64,000 bases of DNA from Bacillota bacterium (GTDB taxonomy: Bacteria > Bacillota > Clostridia > Christensenellales > UMGS416). Shown here piece after piece: positions 45,502-54,415 of the stretch (position 1 is its first letter; each line of letters begins with the position of its first letter). The notes below the pieces were generated by a model that did no database searches, was not told where the DNA came from, and saw only the letters and a program-made list of their open reading frames with translations. Where the stretch lies: the NCBI GenBank assembly GCA_023435705.1, contig JAEYRH010000016.1:44691-108690 (forward strand), in the 5' to 3' direction. Both the position numbers and the translations under genes were made by a program.

Positions 45502-45752
45502 CACTTATGCTATAGAAAGACGCACTCACATTATAATGAAGGCACCTTTGCCGAAATCATTCATCAAATTTGAACATGCAACACCATGTGCCTGGCATAC
45601 AATGAACATACCAATTGGATCGCTGGCATACGAGAACTTGCCTCCCATCTTGAGGTCTTGTGATTGAATTCACAGTAAAGCGTCATGCGGGTATGTTTCC
45701 ATGGTGCTGAGAAAGTATAAAAGCAGGCAGTTTCTTTCAGGAGGCGGTTCAT

Positions 45753-47771
45753 ATGAATAATACACAAGGCAACAACTTGATCCACGAAAAGTCCCCCTAT
45801 CTCCTTCAGCATGCCCACAACCCAGTCAATTGGCAGCCTTGGGGTGACGAGGCCTTTGCGGAGGCACGACGGCGCGATGTGCCGGTGTTTTTGAGCATCG
45901 GCTATTCTAGCTGCCATTGGTGCCATGTGATGGAGCGGGAGTGTTTCGAGGATCAGGATGTGGCCGCACTCTTGAACGAAGGCTTTGTCTCTGTGAAGGT
46001 GGACCGTGAGGAGCGACCCGATGTGGACCATCTCTATATGGAGGCGTGCGTGGCCATGAATGGCAGTGGTGGTTGGCCGCTCACCTGCGTGCTGGACCAT
46101 GACCGAAGGCCGTTCTTTACCGGCACCTATTTCCCCAAACAAGGCCGCGCCGGCCTGCCGGGCCTCATGGATGTGCTGGACAAGCTCTCTTACCTGTGGA
46201 AAACTGACCGCCGCAGGATAACAACCGCTGCTGATTCTGTAACCGCTTGGCTCAACTCAAATCAAGCACCGGCTGGTAAAATGAATGGGGAAGCTGCTTC
46301 CACCGCTTATGCCCAGCTGGAGCAATCCTTCGATGGAACGTATGGAGGGTTCGGCTCGGCTCCGAAATTCCCATCGGCGCACAACTTGCTGTTCCTGCTG
46401 CGTTATGGCCTGCTTCACAAGGAGAGCAAGGCCCATGCCATGGTCAGAAAGACGCTGGACAGTATGGCCTCCGGTGGCATCTTTGACCACATTGGCGGCG
46501 GGTTCTGCCGCTATTCCACTGACCGGCGATGGCTTGTGCCACACTTTGAGAAAATGATGTATGACAACGCCATGCTTCTGATGATATATGCGGAGGCCGC
46601 TTCGGCCATGGGGGAGGAAGCTTACGCAGCGATAGCCCGCCGTATTGTTACATACTGCTTGCGGGAAATGCTGGGCAGCCACGGTGGGTTCTTCACCGCC
46701 CAGGATGCCGACAGCGAGGGTGTGGAAGGCAAGGTGTACCTCTGGTCACCTGCAGAGGTGACCGAGGTGCTCGGCCCGGCAGATGGCAAGCGTTTTTGCG
46801 AATTGTTTGACATCACGGAGCTGGGCAATTTCGAGCATTCAAGCATTCCGAACCACATCGGTCGCGGTTTATCTGCGGAGGATCGACTATTTGCCAATGG
46901 ATGTTTTGAGAAGCTATTGTCAAAACGGCTCACCCGGCCGATGCCCTTCAAGGATGACAAGGTGCTGACCTCAAGCAATGCCTTGATGGTCGCGGCGCTT
47001 GCACTGGCAGGACGGCTGCTCAACGAGCCGGAATGGGTGGCTCAGGCGGAGCGCACCGCCCGGTTCCTTCTGGATAACCTGGTGAAGGGCGGCAGGCTGA
47101 TGGCCAGTTGGCGTGAGGGAAGCGCCACCGGCCCTGCTACTTCTGATGAGCATGCATATCTCTTGTGGGGGTTCATTGAGCTGTATCAGGCCACGCACAA
47201 ATCCCAGTGGCTTCAGATGGCCATTAATTGGACCAATAATCTTCTGTCTCTCTTTTGGGATGAAGAGGATGGTGGGCTTTTTCTGTCCGGCAGTGATGTG
47301 AAAGACTTGCTGGTGCGCCAAAAAAACATGCACGATGGAGCGTTGCCTTCCGGCAATTCGGTGGCGGCGCTCAACTTGCTTCGGCTGAGCCGTCTCACTG
47401 GCAATGAGGAGTATGAGGAAAAGTCTGGTGCCATTCTGGATGCCATGTCCGGCGTTGCCGCAGCATACCCGGCGGGCAGCACGGCCCTTCTGTGCACCAG
47501 TCTGTATCAGCAGAACCTTGGCACTGAGGTTGTGATCGTGACCGGAGAGGGAGTGGATGCGATGCTGCAGGCAACAAGGGCCTATCTGCCCTTCACAGTG
47601 GTGTCGGTGCGGGGCGGGGGGTATGAGCTGATGGACAAACTCGCTCCGTTTGCCGTGGCGATGGAAGCAAAGGACGGCAAGGCTGCGGCATTTGTGTGCA
47701 GCAAGGGGGCCTGCCAGCAGCCGGTGAATGATCCCAAATTATTGGTTGAGAAACTTAAAACAGTGATGTAG
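45753..47771 (+). CDS. Thioredoxin-domain protein YyaL-like (DUF255 + N-acylglucosamine 2-epimerase-like alpha/alpha toroid)
   Basis: [29 protein letters not shown]...[22 protein letters not shown]. 672 aa. Confidence 0.85.
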   Translation: MNNTQGNNLIHEKSPYLLQHAHNPVNWQPWGDEAFAEARRRDVPVFLSIGYSSCHWCHVMERECFEDQDVAALLNEGFVSVKVDREERPDVDHLYMEACVAMNGSGGWPLTCVLDHDRRPFFTGTYFPKQGRAGLPGLMDVLDKLSYLWKTDRRRITTAADSVTAWLNSNQAPAGKMNGEAASTAYAQLEQSFDGTYGGFGSAPKFPSAHNLLFLLRYGLLHKESKAHAMVRKTLDSMASGGIFDHIGGGFCRYSTDRRWLVPHFEKMMYDNAMLLMIYAEAASAMGEEAYAAIARRIVTYCLREMLGSHGGFFTAQDADSEGVEGKVYLWSPAEVTEVLGPADGKRFCELFDITELGNFEHSSIPNHIGRGLSAEDRLFANGCFEKLLSKRLTRPMPFKDDKVLTSSNALMVAALALAGRLLNEPEWVAQAERTARFLLDNLVKGGRLMASWREGSATGPATSDEHAYLLWGFIELYQATHKSQWLQMAINWTNNLLSLFWDEEDGGLFLSGSDVKDLLVRQKNMHDGALPSGNSVAALNLLRLSRLTGNEEYEEKSGAILDAMSGVAAAYPAGSTALLCTSLYQQNLGTEVVIVTGEGVDAMLQATRAYLPFTVVSVRGGGYELMDKLAPFAVAMEAKDGKAAAFVCSKGACQQPVNDPKLLVEKLKTVM

Positions 47772-47783
47772 TCAGAAGTGAAG

Positions 47784-47803
47784 GGGCGGCTCACGAGCCG
47801 CCC
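47784..47803. terminator. GC-rich hairpin between convergent yyaL-like and histidine kinase genes (possible terminator)
   Basis: GGGCGGCTC-ac-GAGCCGCCC. No clean U-tract on either side. Confidence 0.4.
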
Positions 47804-47857
47804 GCTGTCACAAAAATGCTCGTTACTCTATGTACAACCAGACTGCGTCCATCCCAC

Positions 47858-49642
47858 TCAATTTTTCTTCTTCGCCTCATACTTTGCCGGCAATTCGATG
47901 ATGAACTCGCTACCGAGCCCGGCTTCGCTGATCAGCCGGATGTTGCCTCGGTATAGGTCCACGATGTGCTTGACGATGGAGAGACCCAGGCCGGTGCCGC
48001 CCATGCTGCGGGAGCGGCCTTTATCCACGCGATAAAACCGTTCAAAGATGCGGGAGACATGCTCCTGCGGGATGCCAATGCCGGTGTCCTTCACGCTGAT
48101 GCGCACCAGACCATGGGTGCGCTCGGCGGAAATTGTGACTGAGCCGCCTTCCTTATTGTATTTTACGGCGTTATCTGCAAGGTTTAGCAGCAATTGCTTG
48201 ATGCGGTCTGGATTGGCTTCCAGAATGATATCGTCGCTCACAGTGCAGGTGATCGCAATGCCCCTTGCCTGCGCCGTGTAAAGCAGCATTTCTGCCACAC
48301 TGTTTGCGGTGTCTGCCAAATGGAACCGGCGCACACCGGTGTCCTGGTTGGAGCTTTCAATTTCAGAAAGATAGAGTAGGTCGTTGATCAGGTTGGACAA
48401 CCGTTCAGACTCGATTTCAATGATCTGCAGGAACTTGTTGGAGAGCTCCCGATTGTCCAGAGCGCCTGCCTGCAGTGTCTCTACATAACCGCGGATGGAG
48501 GTGAGGGGAGTGCGCAACTCATGAGTTACGTTGGAAACAAAATCCCGGCGCATGTTTTCCAGCTTGCGCAGTTGTGTCACGTCCATCATCAGCAGAATGC
48601 ATCCGTCAGCCGGCGGGCGCATTGGTGACGCGGTGGCTTGCAGCAAAACTCCGGAGGACAGCTGGATTTCCGAGGAGAGCCTGTTGCGCTGACGGAGGCA
48701 GTTGGAGGCAAGGCCGGTGATTGCTTGAATGGGGATCACTGTGGCAGCTCTATGCCCAATGGCGCTGCCCAATTCATTCAGGTTTAAAATTGCCGATGCC
48801 GCCGAGTTCACAAACAGAAGCTTGCCATCTCCGTCCATTGCAATCAGGCCTTCACTGATGCTGGCCAGCACTGTGGTCAGCTGTGTATTGGTGTTTTCCA
48901 GCGCGCTTACGTGTTTGTCCAAATCTTGAGCCAACCGGATCAGACCATTGGAAAGCTCCTGAAACTCCGGATACCGTGTTTTCATCGCGGAAATGGCATA
49001 GTTACCACTGGCAATATCACTGGTCATGCGAGACAGTGCCACAATAGGTTCAGACAGCCGCTTTGAGGTCCGGTTGGCAATCAAGACAGCAATCGCGAGA
49101 GAGAAGACAAGACACCCGCCGATGAATGCCAAAATCACCCAGTAGATTCTCCGCACTTCATACAGCGGCATTGCCGCACGAACGCATACCTTGCTTCCCA
49201 TGTCTGCCACAGCCACATAAAGCATGTTTACTTTCAGCGTGTTGGAATAACGCTGCGCTGTGCCCCAGCCCTTTCGATATGCCTCAATAACCTCCGGGCG
49301 GTCCTTATGGGATTCCATTTCCTGCCAATCTGCTGAGGAATCGCCAAGCACCTCGCCATTCTGCGCGATCAGCGTCACTCTCACGCTGTTATTGCCCAAT
49401 GACAGTTCCTGAGAAGTCGATTCTGCCAGCTCAGGCATGGAAACGCTTGCCTTTGCACGTGCGGCGATCGATGAACAATCCGTTTTCAGATTGTCGATCA
49501 TGAGATTTGTATACCAGAGATCCGCCGCCACCGCGCCGGTGATACCAAACACGGTCAGGACAATCGCTGTGATTGCCAACATGTTGATGAATAATCTTTT
49601 TCGCACCTGGAATGAGACCTCCGGATGATGGTGTCTATGCAA
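47858..49642 (-). CDS. Sensor histidine kinase (PhoR-like: TM-sensor-TM, HAMP, PAS, HisKA, HATPase)
   Basis: H-box FVSNVTHELRTPLTSI, N-box LADNAVKYN, G-boxes DTGIGIP and GTGLGLSIVKH. The TTG at 49642 is the track start. The true start is uncertain. Confidence 0.85.
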   Translation of the reverse strand: MHRHHHPEVSFQVRKRLFINMLAITAIVLTVFGITGAVAADLWYTNLMIDNLKTDCSSIAARAKASVSMPELAESTSQELSLGNNSVRVTLIAQNGEVLGDSSADWQEMESHKDRPEVIEAYRKGWGTAQRYSNTLKVNMLYVAVADMGSKVCVRAAMPLYEVRRIYWVILAFIGGCLVFSLAIAVLIANRTSKRLSEPIVALSRMTSDIASGNYAISAMKTRYPEFQELSNGLIRLAQDLDKHVSALENTNTQLTTVLASISEGLIAMDGDGKLLFVNSAASAILNLNELGSAIGHRAATVIPIQAITGLASNCLRQRNRLSSEIQLSSGVLLQATASPMRPPADGCILLMMDVTQLRKLENMRRDFVSNVTHELRTPLTSIRGYVETLQAGALDNRELSNKFLQIIEIESERLSNLINDLLYLSEIESSNQDTGVRRFHLADTANSVAEMLLYTAQARGIAITCTVSDDIILEANPDRIKQLLLNLADNAVKYNKEGGSVTISAERTHGLVRISVKDTGIGIPQEHVSRIFERFYRVDKGRSRSMGGTGLGLSIVKHIVDLYRGNIRLISEAGLGSEFIIELPAKYEAKKKN

Positions 49643-49647
49643 TAAGG

Positions 49648-50352
49648 TTATTTGGAGGACAGCCTGTAGCCTACGCCGCGCACGGTTTCGATGAGTGTCG
49701 GATTGTCCGGGTCATGCTCCACCTTCATCCTTAAGTGCCGCACGTGTACGTCCACAGTGCGAGTCTCACCGGCGTAGTCATATCCCCACACATGATCAAG
49801 CAGTTGCTCCCGCGTGAGCACCCTGCCCCTGTTCTCCGCAAGAAAGCGAAGCAAGTCAAACTCCTTCACCGGCATCGGGATCTCAACGCCGGATTTTAGT
49901 ACAACATGCCTGCCCAAATCGATTGAGAGGTTGCCAGCTGTGATTACGGGGCCATTCGTGCCGCTTTCCTGTTGGGTTGCCCGCCGGAGCACGGCTTTGA
50001 TGCGGGCAATCACCTCACGGGTGCTGAAGGGCTTGGTGATGTAGTCGTCGGCTCCTATTTCAAGGCCCAGCACACGATCCAGCTCCTCGCCGCGGGCAGT
50101 GAGCATGATGATGGGTGTGGTGCGGGTTGTATCGCTTGCCCTGATCTTGCGGCAAACCTCAATGCCGTCAATGCCTGGGAGCATCAAATCCAGCAGGATC
50201 AGCTCCGGAGGGGTGGCAAGCAATTGCACAAGGGCGGCTTCACCGGTTTCATATTCAACCGTGGAAAACCCTGAAGCCTGCAGGTTGAAGGCCAGCAGGC
50301 CGCGGATGTTTGGTTCGTCCTCAACAATGGCGACCAGCGGTTTGTCCGGCAT
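49648..50352 (-). CDS. OmpR/PhoB-family response regulator
   Basis: Receiver domain (VAIVEDEP...LILLDLMLPGIDG...LTARG) and winged-helix output (LTREQLLD.VWGYDY...RTVDVHV..LR.K). Confidence 0.9.
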   Translation of the reverse strand: MPDKPLVAIVEDEPNIRGLLAFNLQASGFSTVEYETGEAALVQLLATPPELILLDLMLPGIDGIEVCRKIRASDTTRTTPIIMLTARGEELDRVLGLEIGADDYITKPFSTREVIARIKAVLRRATQQESGTNGPVITAGNLSIDLGRHVVLKSGVEIPMPVKEFDLLRFLAENRGRVLTREQLLDHVWGYDYAGETRTVDVHVRHLRMKVEHDPDNPTLIETVRGVGYRLSSK

Positions 50353-50511
50353 GTTTCCTCCTCGCTTCTGGATGCGGTATATGACAATTTGTTATAGTAT
50401 ACCCCTTCGCAGATTGCTCCATCAAGCCATCATTTTTCCTGCGATGTTCACTATCACTTCCCATCGCCCCATCTCATAAATTGTAATGTGAACTGAGGGG
50501 GAGGGGAAGCC

Positions 50512-51351
50512 ATGTCCTCTGGTATGAAGAATGTTTTACTGATCGGCGGGGATCGAAGGAATACATATCTGCACGAGATTCTGCGCCGTAAAGAGCATAT
50601 TGAGCTGCATGCGTTTGGTCTGGCTGTGGCCGACAGGACGCTGGCCGATATTGAGCGCGCCATCGGGGAAGCTGATGTGATTATCCTGCCCATGCCTAGC
50701 ACAAAGGGCGGGATGATACCATTGCTCTCCATGGAGACAGCATATCCACTGGAGACAGTATTGCGGGGCATGCGCCAGGGTGCCGTGCTGGTGGGGGGCT
50801 TTCTGGAGGGAGTGCCGGACAAAGCGGGCATCAACGTGATTAATCTGCTTGCCAGTGAGCGCTTCGCACAGGCCAACGCCTGGCCAACGGCGGAGGGTGC
50901 CATCCGTATTGCACTGGAGCGCACCGAGCGCACATTGAAGGGCAGCCGCTGCACGGTGTTGGGATACGGGCGCATCGGTAAAGACCTGGTCAAGCTCCTG
51001 ATGAGCTTTGGTGCTGATGTGGTGGCCACAGCCCGCCGTCCGGAGCAGTTGGAGGATATCTCCGCACTCGGCGTACTGGCAGTGCACACCAATGACTTGC
51101 TGGAGGCCTGTGCTGACAGCAACTTCATTTTCAACACAATCCCGTCGGTGCTGCTTGATGAAGACAAGCTCAGAAAGCTGCGCCGCGACGTGGTGATCAT
51201 CGACTTGGCGTCCAGCCCATTTGGCGTGGACTTCAATGCCGCGACACGCCTCAAGCTGGATGCCCAGGCTTACCAAAGCCTGCCGGGCCGCATGTTCCCG
51301 AAGACTGCGGCAGACATTATCCACACTTGCATCAAGGATTTGCTTACCTAA
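50512..51351 (+). CDS. dpaA: Dipicolinate synthase subunit A
   Basis: NVLLIGGDRR...ILPMP...VLGYGRIGK Rossmann motif, typical SpoVFA layout. Followed by dpaB. Confidence 0.85.
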   Translation: MSSGMKNVLLIGGDRRNTYLHEILRRKEHIELHAFGLAVADRTLADIERAIGEADVIILPMPSTKGGMIPLLSMETAYPLETVLRGMRQGAVLVGGFLEGVPDKAGINVINLLASERFAQANAWPTAEGAIRIALERTERTLKGSRCTVLGYGRIGKDLVKLLMSFGADVVATARRPEQLEDISALGVLAVHTNDLLEACADSNFIFNTIPSVLLDEDKLRKLRRDVVIIDLASSPFGVDFNAATRLKLDAQAYQSLPGRMFPKTAADIIHTCIKDLLT

Positions 51352-51368
51352 GGGACGGAGGGAATGAT

Positions 51369-51956
51369 ATGGAATTAACCGCCAAGAAAATTGGCTTTGC
51401 GGTCACCGGCTCTTTTTGCACCATCGGTGACGTTTTACCTGCCATGGAGGAGCTGAAACGCCAGGGTGCGGAGATCACACCGATCTTCTCAAACAGCGTT
51501 TATGAATGGGACACGCGCTTCTTCACCGCCAGGGATTTGATTGAGAAGGTTTATCAGATTTGCGGCAGGCTGCCGATACACACTGTGCCCGATGCCGAGC
51601 CCATCGGGCCGCGCAAACTGCTGGATATGGTTGTGGTGGCGCCTTGCACCGGTAATACGCTGGCCAAGATGGCGCTGGGCGTTGTGGACACACCGGTGCT
51701 GATGGCGGCCAAGTCCACACTGCGCAACGGCTGCCCGGTGGTGCTGGCCGTATCCACCAACGATGGCCTCGGCAACAGCGCGAAAAACATCGGAACGCTA
51801 TCCAACATGCGCAACATTTATTTGGTGCCCTATGAGCAGGACAGCCCCAAGGGCAAACCCAATTCACTGGTGGCCCGCATGGAGCTTATCGCCGATACCT
51901 GCAAGCTTGCCTTTGAGGGCAGGCAAATTCAGCCAGTCTTGTATAAACCGGGCTGA
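51369..51956 (+). CDS. dpaB: Dipicolinate synthase subunit B (flavoprotein)
   Basis: KIGFAVTGSFCT...APCTGNTLAKMALGV.DTPVLMAAK. ATG 51369 lies 6 nt after GGAGGG. Confidence 0.9.
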   Translation: MELTAKKIGFAVTGSFCTIGDVLPAMEELKRQGAEITPIFSNSVYEWDTRFFTARDLIEKVYQICGRLPIHTVPDAEPIGPRKLLDMVVVAPCTGNTLAKMALGVVDTPVLMAAKSTLRNGCPVVLAVSTNDGLGNSAKNIGTLSNMRNIYLVPYEQDSPKGKPNSLVARMELIADTCKLAFEGRQIQPVLYKPG

Positions 51957-52022
51957 ATGGTATAATAAATGGAATAGTTGCCTGCCATGCTCCCTGAAAC
52001 ACGTGCGGAAAGGAGCCGGAAA

Positions 52023-53231
52023 ATGAGGATACTGGTGCAAAAATTTGGTGGCACGTCGGTGCGATCGCCCGATGCGAGGGGTGCCGCTTTGGAAAAAGTG
52101 ATTGCTGCGAAGAAAAGCGGCTACATGCCAGTGGTCGTGGTGTCGGCAATGGGCAGGGCGGGTGAACCCTATGCCACCGACACACTGATCCGCTATGCCC
52201 GCGACGCCGCGGGGTGCGAGCTCAATGCCCGCGACAATGACCTGCTGATGAGCTGCGGCGAGATCATCTCCGCTGTTGTGGTGGCTGGGGCTTTTGAAGC
52301 CAAAGGCTATACAGCCCGCGCCGTGACCGGCTGGCAAGCCGGCATCTATACCAACGACCGTTTCGGAGACGCCTCCTATTTCGAGGTGGACACCGCAAGG
52401 CTTTATGAAATGCTGAATGCCGGAATCATCCCGGTGGTGACAGGCTTTCAGGGCATCACCCGCAACGGCGACGTGACCACCCTGGGCCGCGGCGGCAGCG
52501 ACACAACGGCGTCAATCCTGGGCTCGGCCCTCCGCGCCGAGGCCATTGAGATCTATACTGATGTGGACGGCATCATGACGGCTGATCCAAGGCTCTTGCC
52601 GGAGGCACGCGTGATTTCCGATGTGAGCTACAACGAAGTCTTCCAAATGGCCGACCAGGGTGCAAAAGTGATCCACCCGAAGGCGGTTGAAATCGCGATG
52701 CGCGGCAATGTGCCTCTGATCGTGCGCAACACGATGAGTGACCACTCCGGCACCCGCATCTCATCCGATGTGGCCGCGCTGGAAGCTGGCATGCTGGACG
52801 TGCTCTCCAGTATCGCCTATGCCGGTGGGCGCGCGCAGGTGAAAGCAAGCGGCATGGCCTCCGGCGTGATCAAGGATGTGCTGCGCCTGTTTGCCGATGC
52901 CGGCATCAGCATCGACCTGATCAACGTGTTCCCCGATAGTTTTGTGTTCACGATTGACGATGACAAGGTGGAGAAGGCCAGGGCGGTGTTGGAAAAGCAG
53001 CCCTGCACCTTTGAGATCATCCTGGGGCTTGGCAAGGTGTCCGCCGTGGGCTCCCGCATGCGGGGCGTGCCCGGCGTGATGGCCAGGATCATCAAGGCGT
53101 TGAGCATTGAGGGTGTGGAGGTCTTGCAGACGGCGGACTCGCACATGACCATTTCTTGCCTGATTCATCAGGAGGATGCGCAGAGAGCGGTCAGGGCACT
53201 GCATGAGGAGTTTAGGTTGGCGAAGGGGTAG
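52023..53231 (+). CDS. Aspartate kinase (DapG-like, with ACT domains)
   Basis: ILVQKFGGTSV, GRGGSDTTA, then C-terminal ACT repeats. AGGAG lies 7 nt before ATG 52023. Confidence 0.9.
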   Translation: MRILVQKFGGTSVRSPDARGAALEKVIAAKKSGYMPVVVVSAMGRAGEPYATDTLIRYARDAAGCELNARDNDLLMSCGEIISAVVVAGAFEAKGYTARAVTGWQAGIYTNDRFGDASYFEVDTARLYEMLNAGIIPVVTGFQGITRNGDVTTLGRGGSDTTASILGSALRAEAIEIYTDVDGIMTADPRLLPEARVISDVSYNEVFQMADQGAKVIHPKAVEIAMRGNVPLIVRNTMSDHSGTRISSDVAALEAGMLDVLSSIAYAGGRAQVKASGMASGVIKDVLRLFADAGISIDLINVFPDSFVFTIDDDKVEKARAVLEKQPCTFEIILGLGKVSAVGSRMRGVPGVMARIIKALSIEGVEVLQTADSHMTISCLIHQEDAQRAVRALHEEFRLAKG

Positions 53232-53394
53232 TACTTAGTGTTTCGTTAATAAGTGAAATTGGGCGGGGCTGGTGCTCCGCCATTTCTATATCCTTGTCCA
53301 AATGAACAGCCTCAGAACAGCCCCTGAACACAGTCTAGATACAGACAAGAAGGATATGCAGGGTGAGATAGAAGGGAACCAGGGTCACCAATCC

Positions 53395-54201
53395 TTATGG
53401 CTTCAGACTGTCTTCTATAATGGCAATCGCATCCTCCGCCGGTATCCCGTGCCTGATCTTCTGTAAATACAGCATCCCCACCAGCGCCCGGTCCATTTCC
53501 GACGGTTCCTGCACCGTCGTCCAGTTCCCATAAAAAATGCTATCCTCATATTCATACTGATCCTGCATCAGCCCCATGGACTGCACAAGCTCCTCAAAGA
53601 CCAGATGATTCCGCGCCGCCTGGCTCGTCACATCGCTGGCAATGGCAACAGTTGCCTTGTAGATCGACTTGCTGTCAAACTCCGTCCAGAAGAACCCCCA
53701 GTTGCCGGCCACATAGCCATCCACTACGTTCTTCATCTCATTCAGTTTCACAAACCAGATGGCTGCGTTCCCGTCCTTCTCCACCAAGGAGATCCCCGGA
53801 TACCCCTCAATGCCGTTTAGCCACTTCACCACACGGCGGACTGCGGCCATATCTTCCTCCGTTGGGTTACCATTCACAACCAGCCTGACCGGCATCGCCC
53901 ATTTCCGGATCGACGTGCCTGCACCGCCGTATTCGCTGCCGCCGGCTACGGTGCGGAATGCATCCAGCAGTTGCTGAGTGGTAAGGCCCTCCACCTCGAA
54001 CCTGTTGTCCGGTGTCGGTGTGGTAGTCGGGAGTGTTGGTGCGATCGTATGAATGGGCGTGGGGGAGGCTGTAAGGCTTGGCGCGGTTGTGATATATGCT
54101 GTGGCAGGCGTTGTTTCCTGCGGAATTGGCAAGTGAAACAATCCGCAACCAGTGTTTGCGGCAACGAGTAAAACAAGCAGTGAAGCAAGAAATCGTTTCA
54201 T
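53395..54201 (-). CDS. Lipoprotein, DUF2927-like (putative metallopeptidase-like fold)
   Basis: Lipobox LVAANTGC, Thr/Pro-rich linker, ...IRKWAMPVRLVV.G..., HLVFEELVQSMGL. Confidence 0.55.
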   Translation of the reverse strand: MKRFLASLLVLLVAANTGCGLFHLPIPQETTPATAYITTAPSLTASPTPIHTIAPTLPTTTPTPDNRFEVEGLTTQQLLDAFRTVAGGSEYGGAGTSIRKWAMPVRLVVNGNPTEEDMAAVRRVVKWLNGIEGYPGISLVEKDGNAAIWFVKLNEMKNVVDGYVAGNWGFFWTEFDSKSIYKATVAIASDVTSQAARNHLVFEELVQSMGLMQDQYEYEDSIFYGNWTTVQEPSEMDRALVGMLYLQKIRHGIPAEDAIAIIEDSLKP

Positions 54202-54285
54202 TGAAATTATCCTGTTTCTGTGGCTACAACGCCATTCTATCTTGTCATGCTTGAAATCGTCAATATAAAGAGAGTATCACAGCAC

Positions 54286-54359
54286 GGGGGACCTTGCCCC
54301 ACCTCCCTCATGGAGGGAGGTGCCACCCGCAGGTGGCGGAAGGAGTTCGGAGCTCCTTC
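54286..54359. repeat. Hairpin-array element, copy B (compact form)
   Basis: GGGG-N6-CCCC (54287-54300); CCTCCCTC-ATG-GAGGGAGG (54302-54320); GCCACC-CGCA-GGTGGC (54322-54337); GAAGGAG-N7-CTCCTTC (54339-54359). Shares ACCTCCCTCAT and GGTGCCACCC with copy C. Confidence 0.7.
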
Positions 54360-54360
54360 T

Positions 54361-54389
54361 TTGATTTTCCCATTCTTTTCGGGTATACT
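54361..54389 (+). promoter_or_regulatory. SigA-type promoter of ygiQ
   Basis: TTGATT (54361-54366), 17-nt spacer, TATACT (54384-54389). AAAGGAGG RBS, GTG start at 54416. Confidence 0.55.
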
Positions 54390-54415
54390 TCAAATACCCC
54401 AAAGGAGGACGCACC

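Noticed and set aside
45592-45631. Direct repeat CTGGCATAC x2, considered as a sigma-54 (-24/-12) promoter
   Set aside because: The GG-to-GC spacing is wrong for both copies (15 nt, or no GC at the right distance). There is no enhancer-binding protein nearby. Left unexplained.
45564-46142. 192-aa minus-strand ORF
   Set aside because: Antisense to the 5' end of the YyaL-like gene, where the strongly conserved CHWCHVME thioredoxin motif defines the + strand.
50353-50511. Looked for a SigK-type (AC-N16-17-CATA...TA) promoter ahead of dpaA and Pho boxes for the divergent regulator
   Set aside because: Only a partial CATAAATTG match at about 50474. It is not convincing without a matrix score, so it is not reported as a feature.
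50454-51324. Two long minus-strand ORFs (266 and 262 aa)
   Set aside because: Both are antisense to dpaA, overlap each other in different frames, and have no RBS or motifs.
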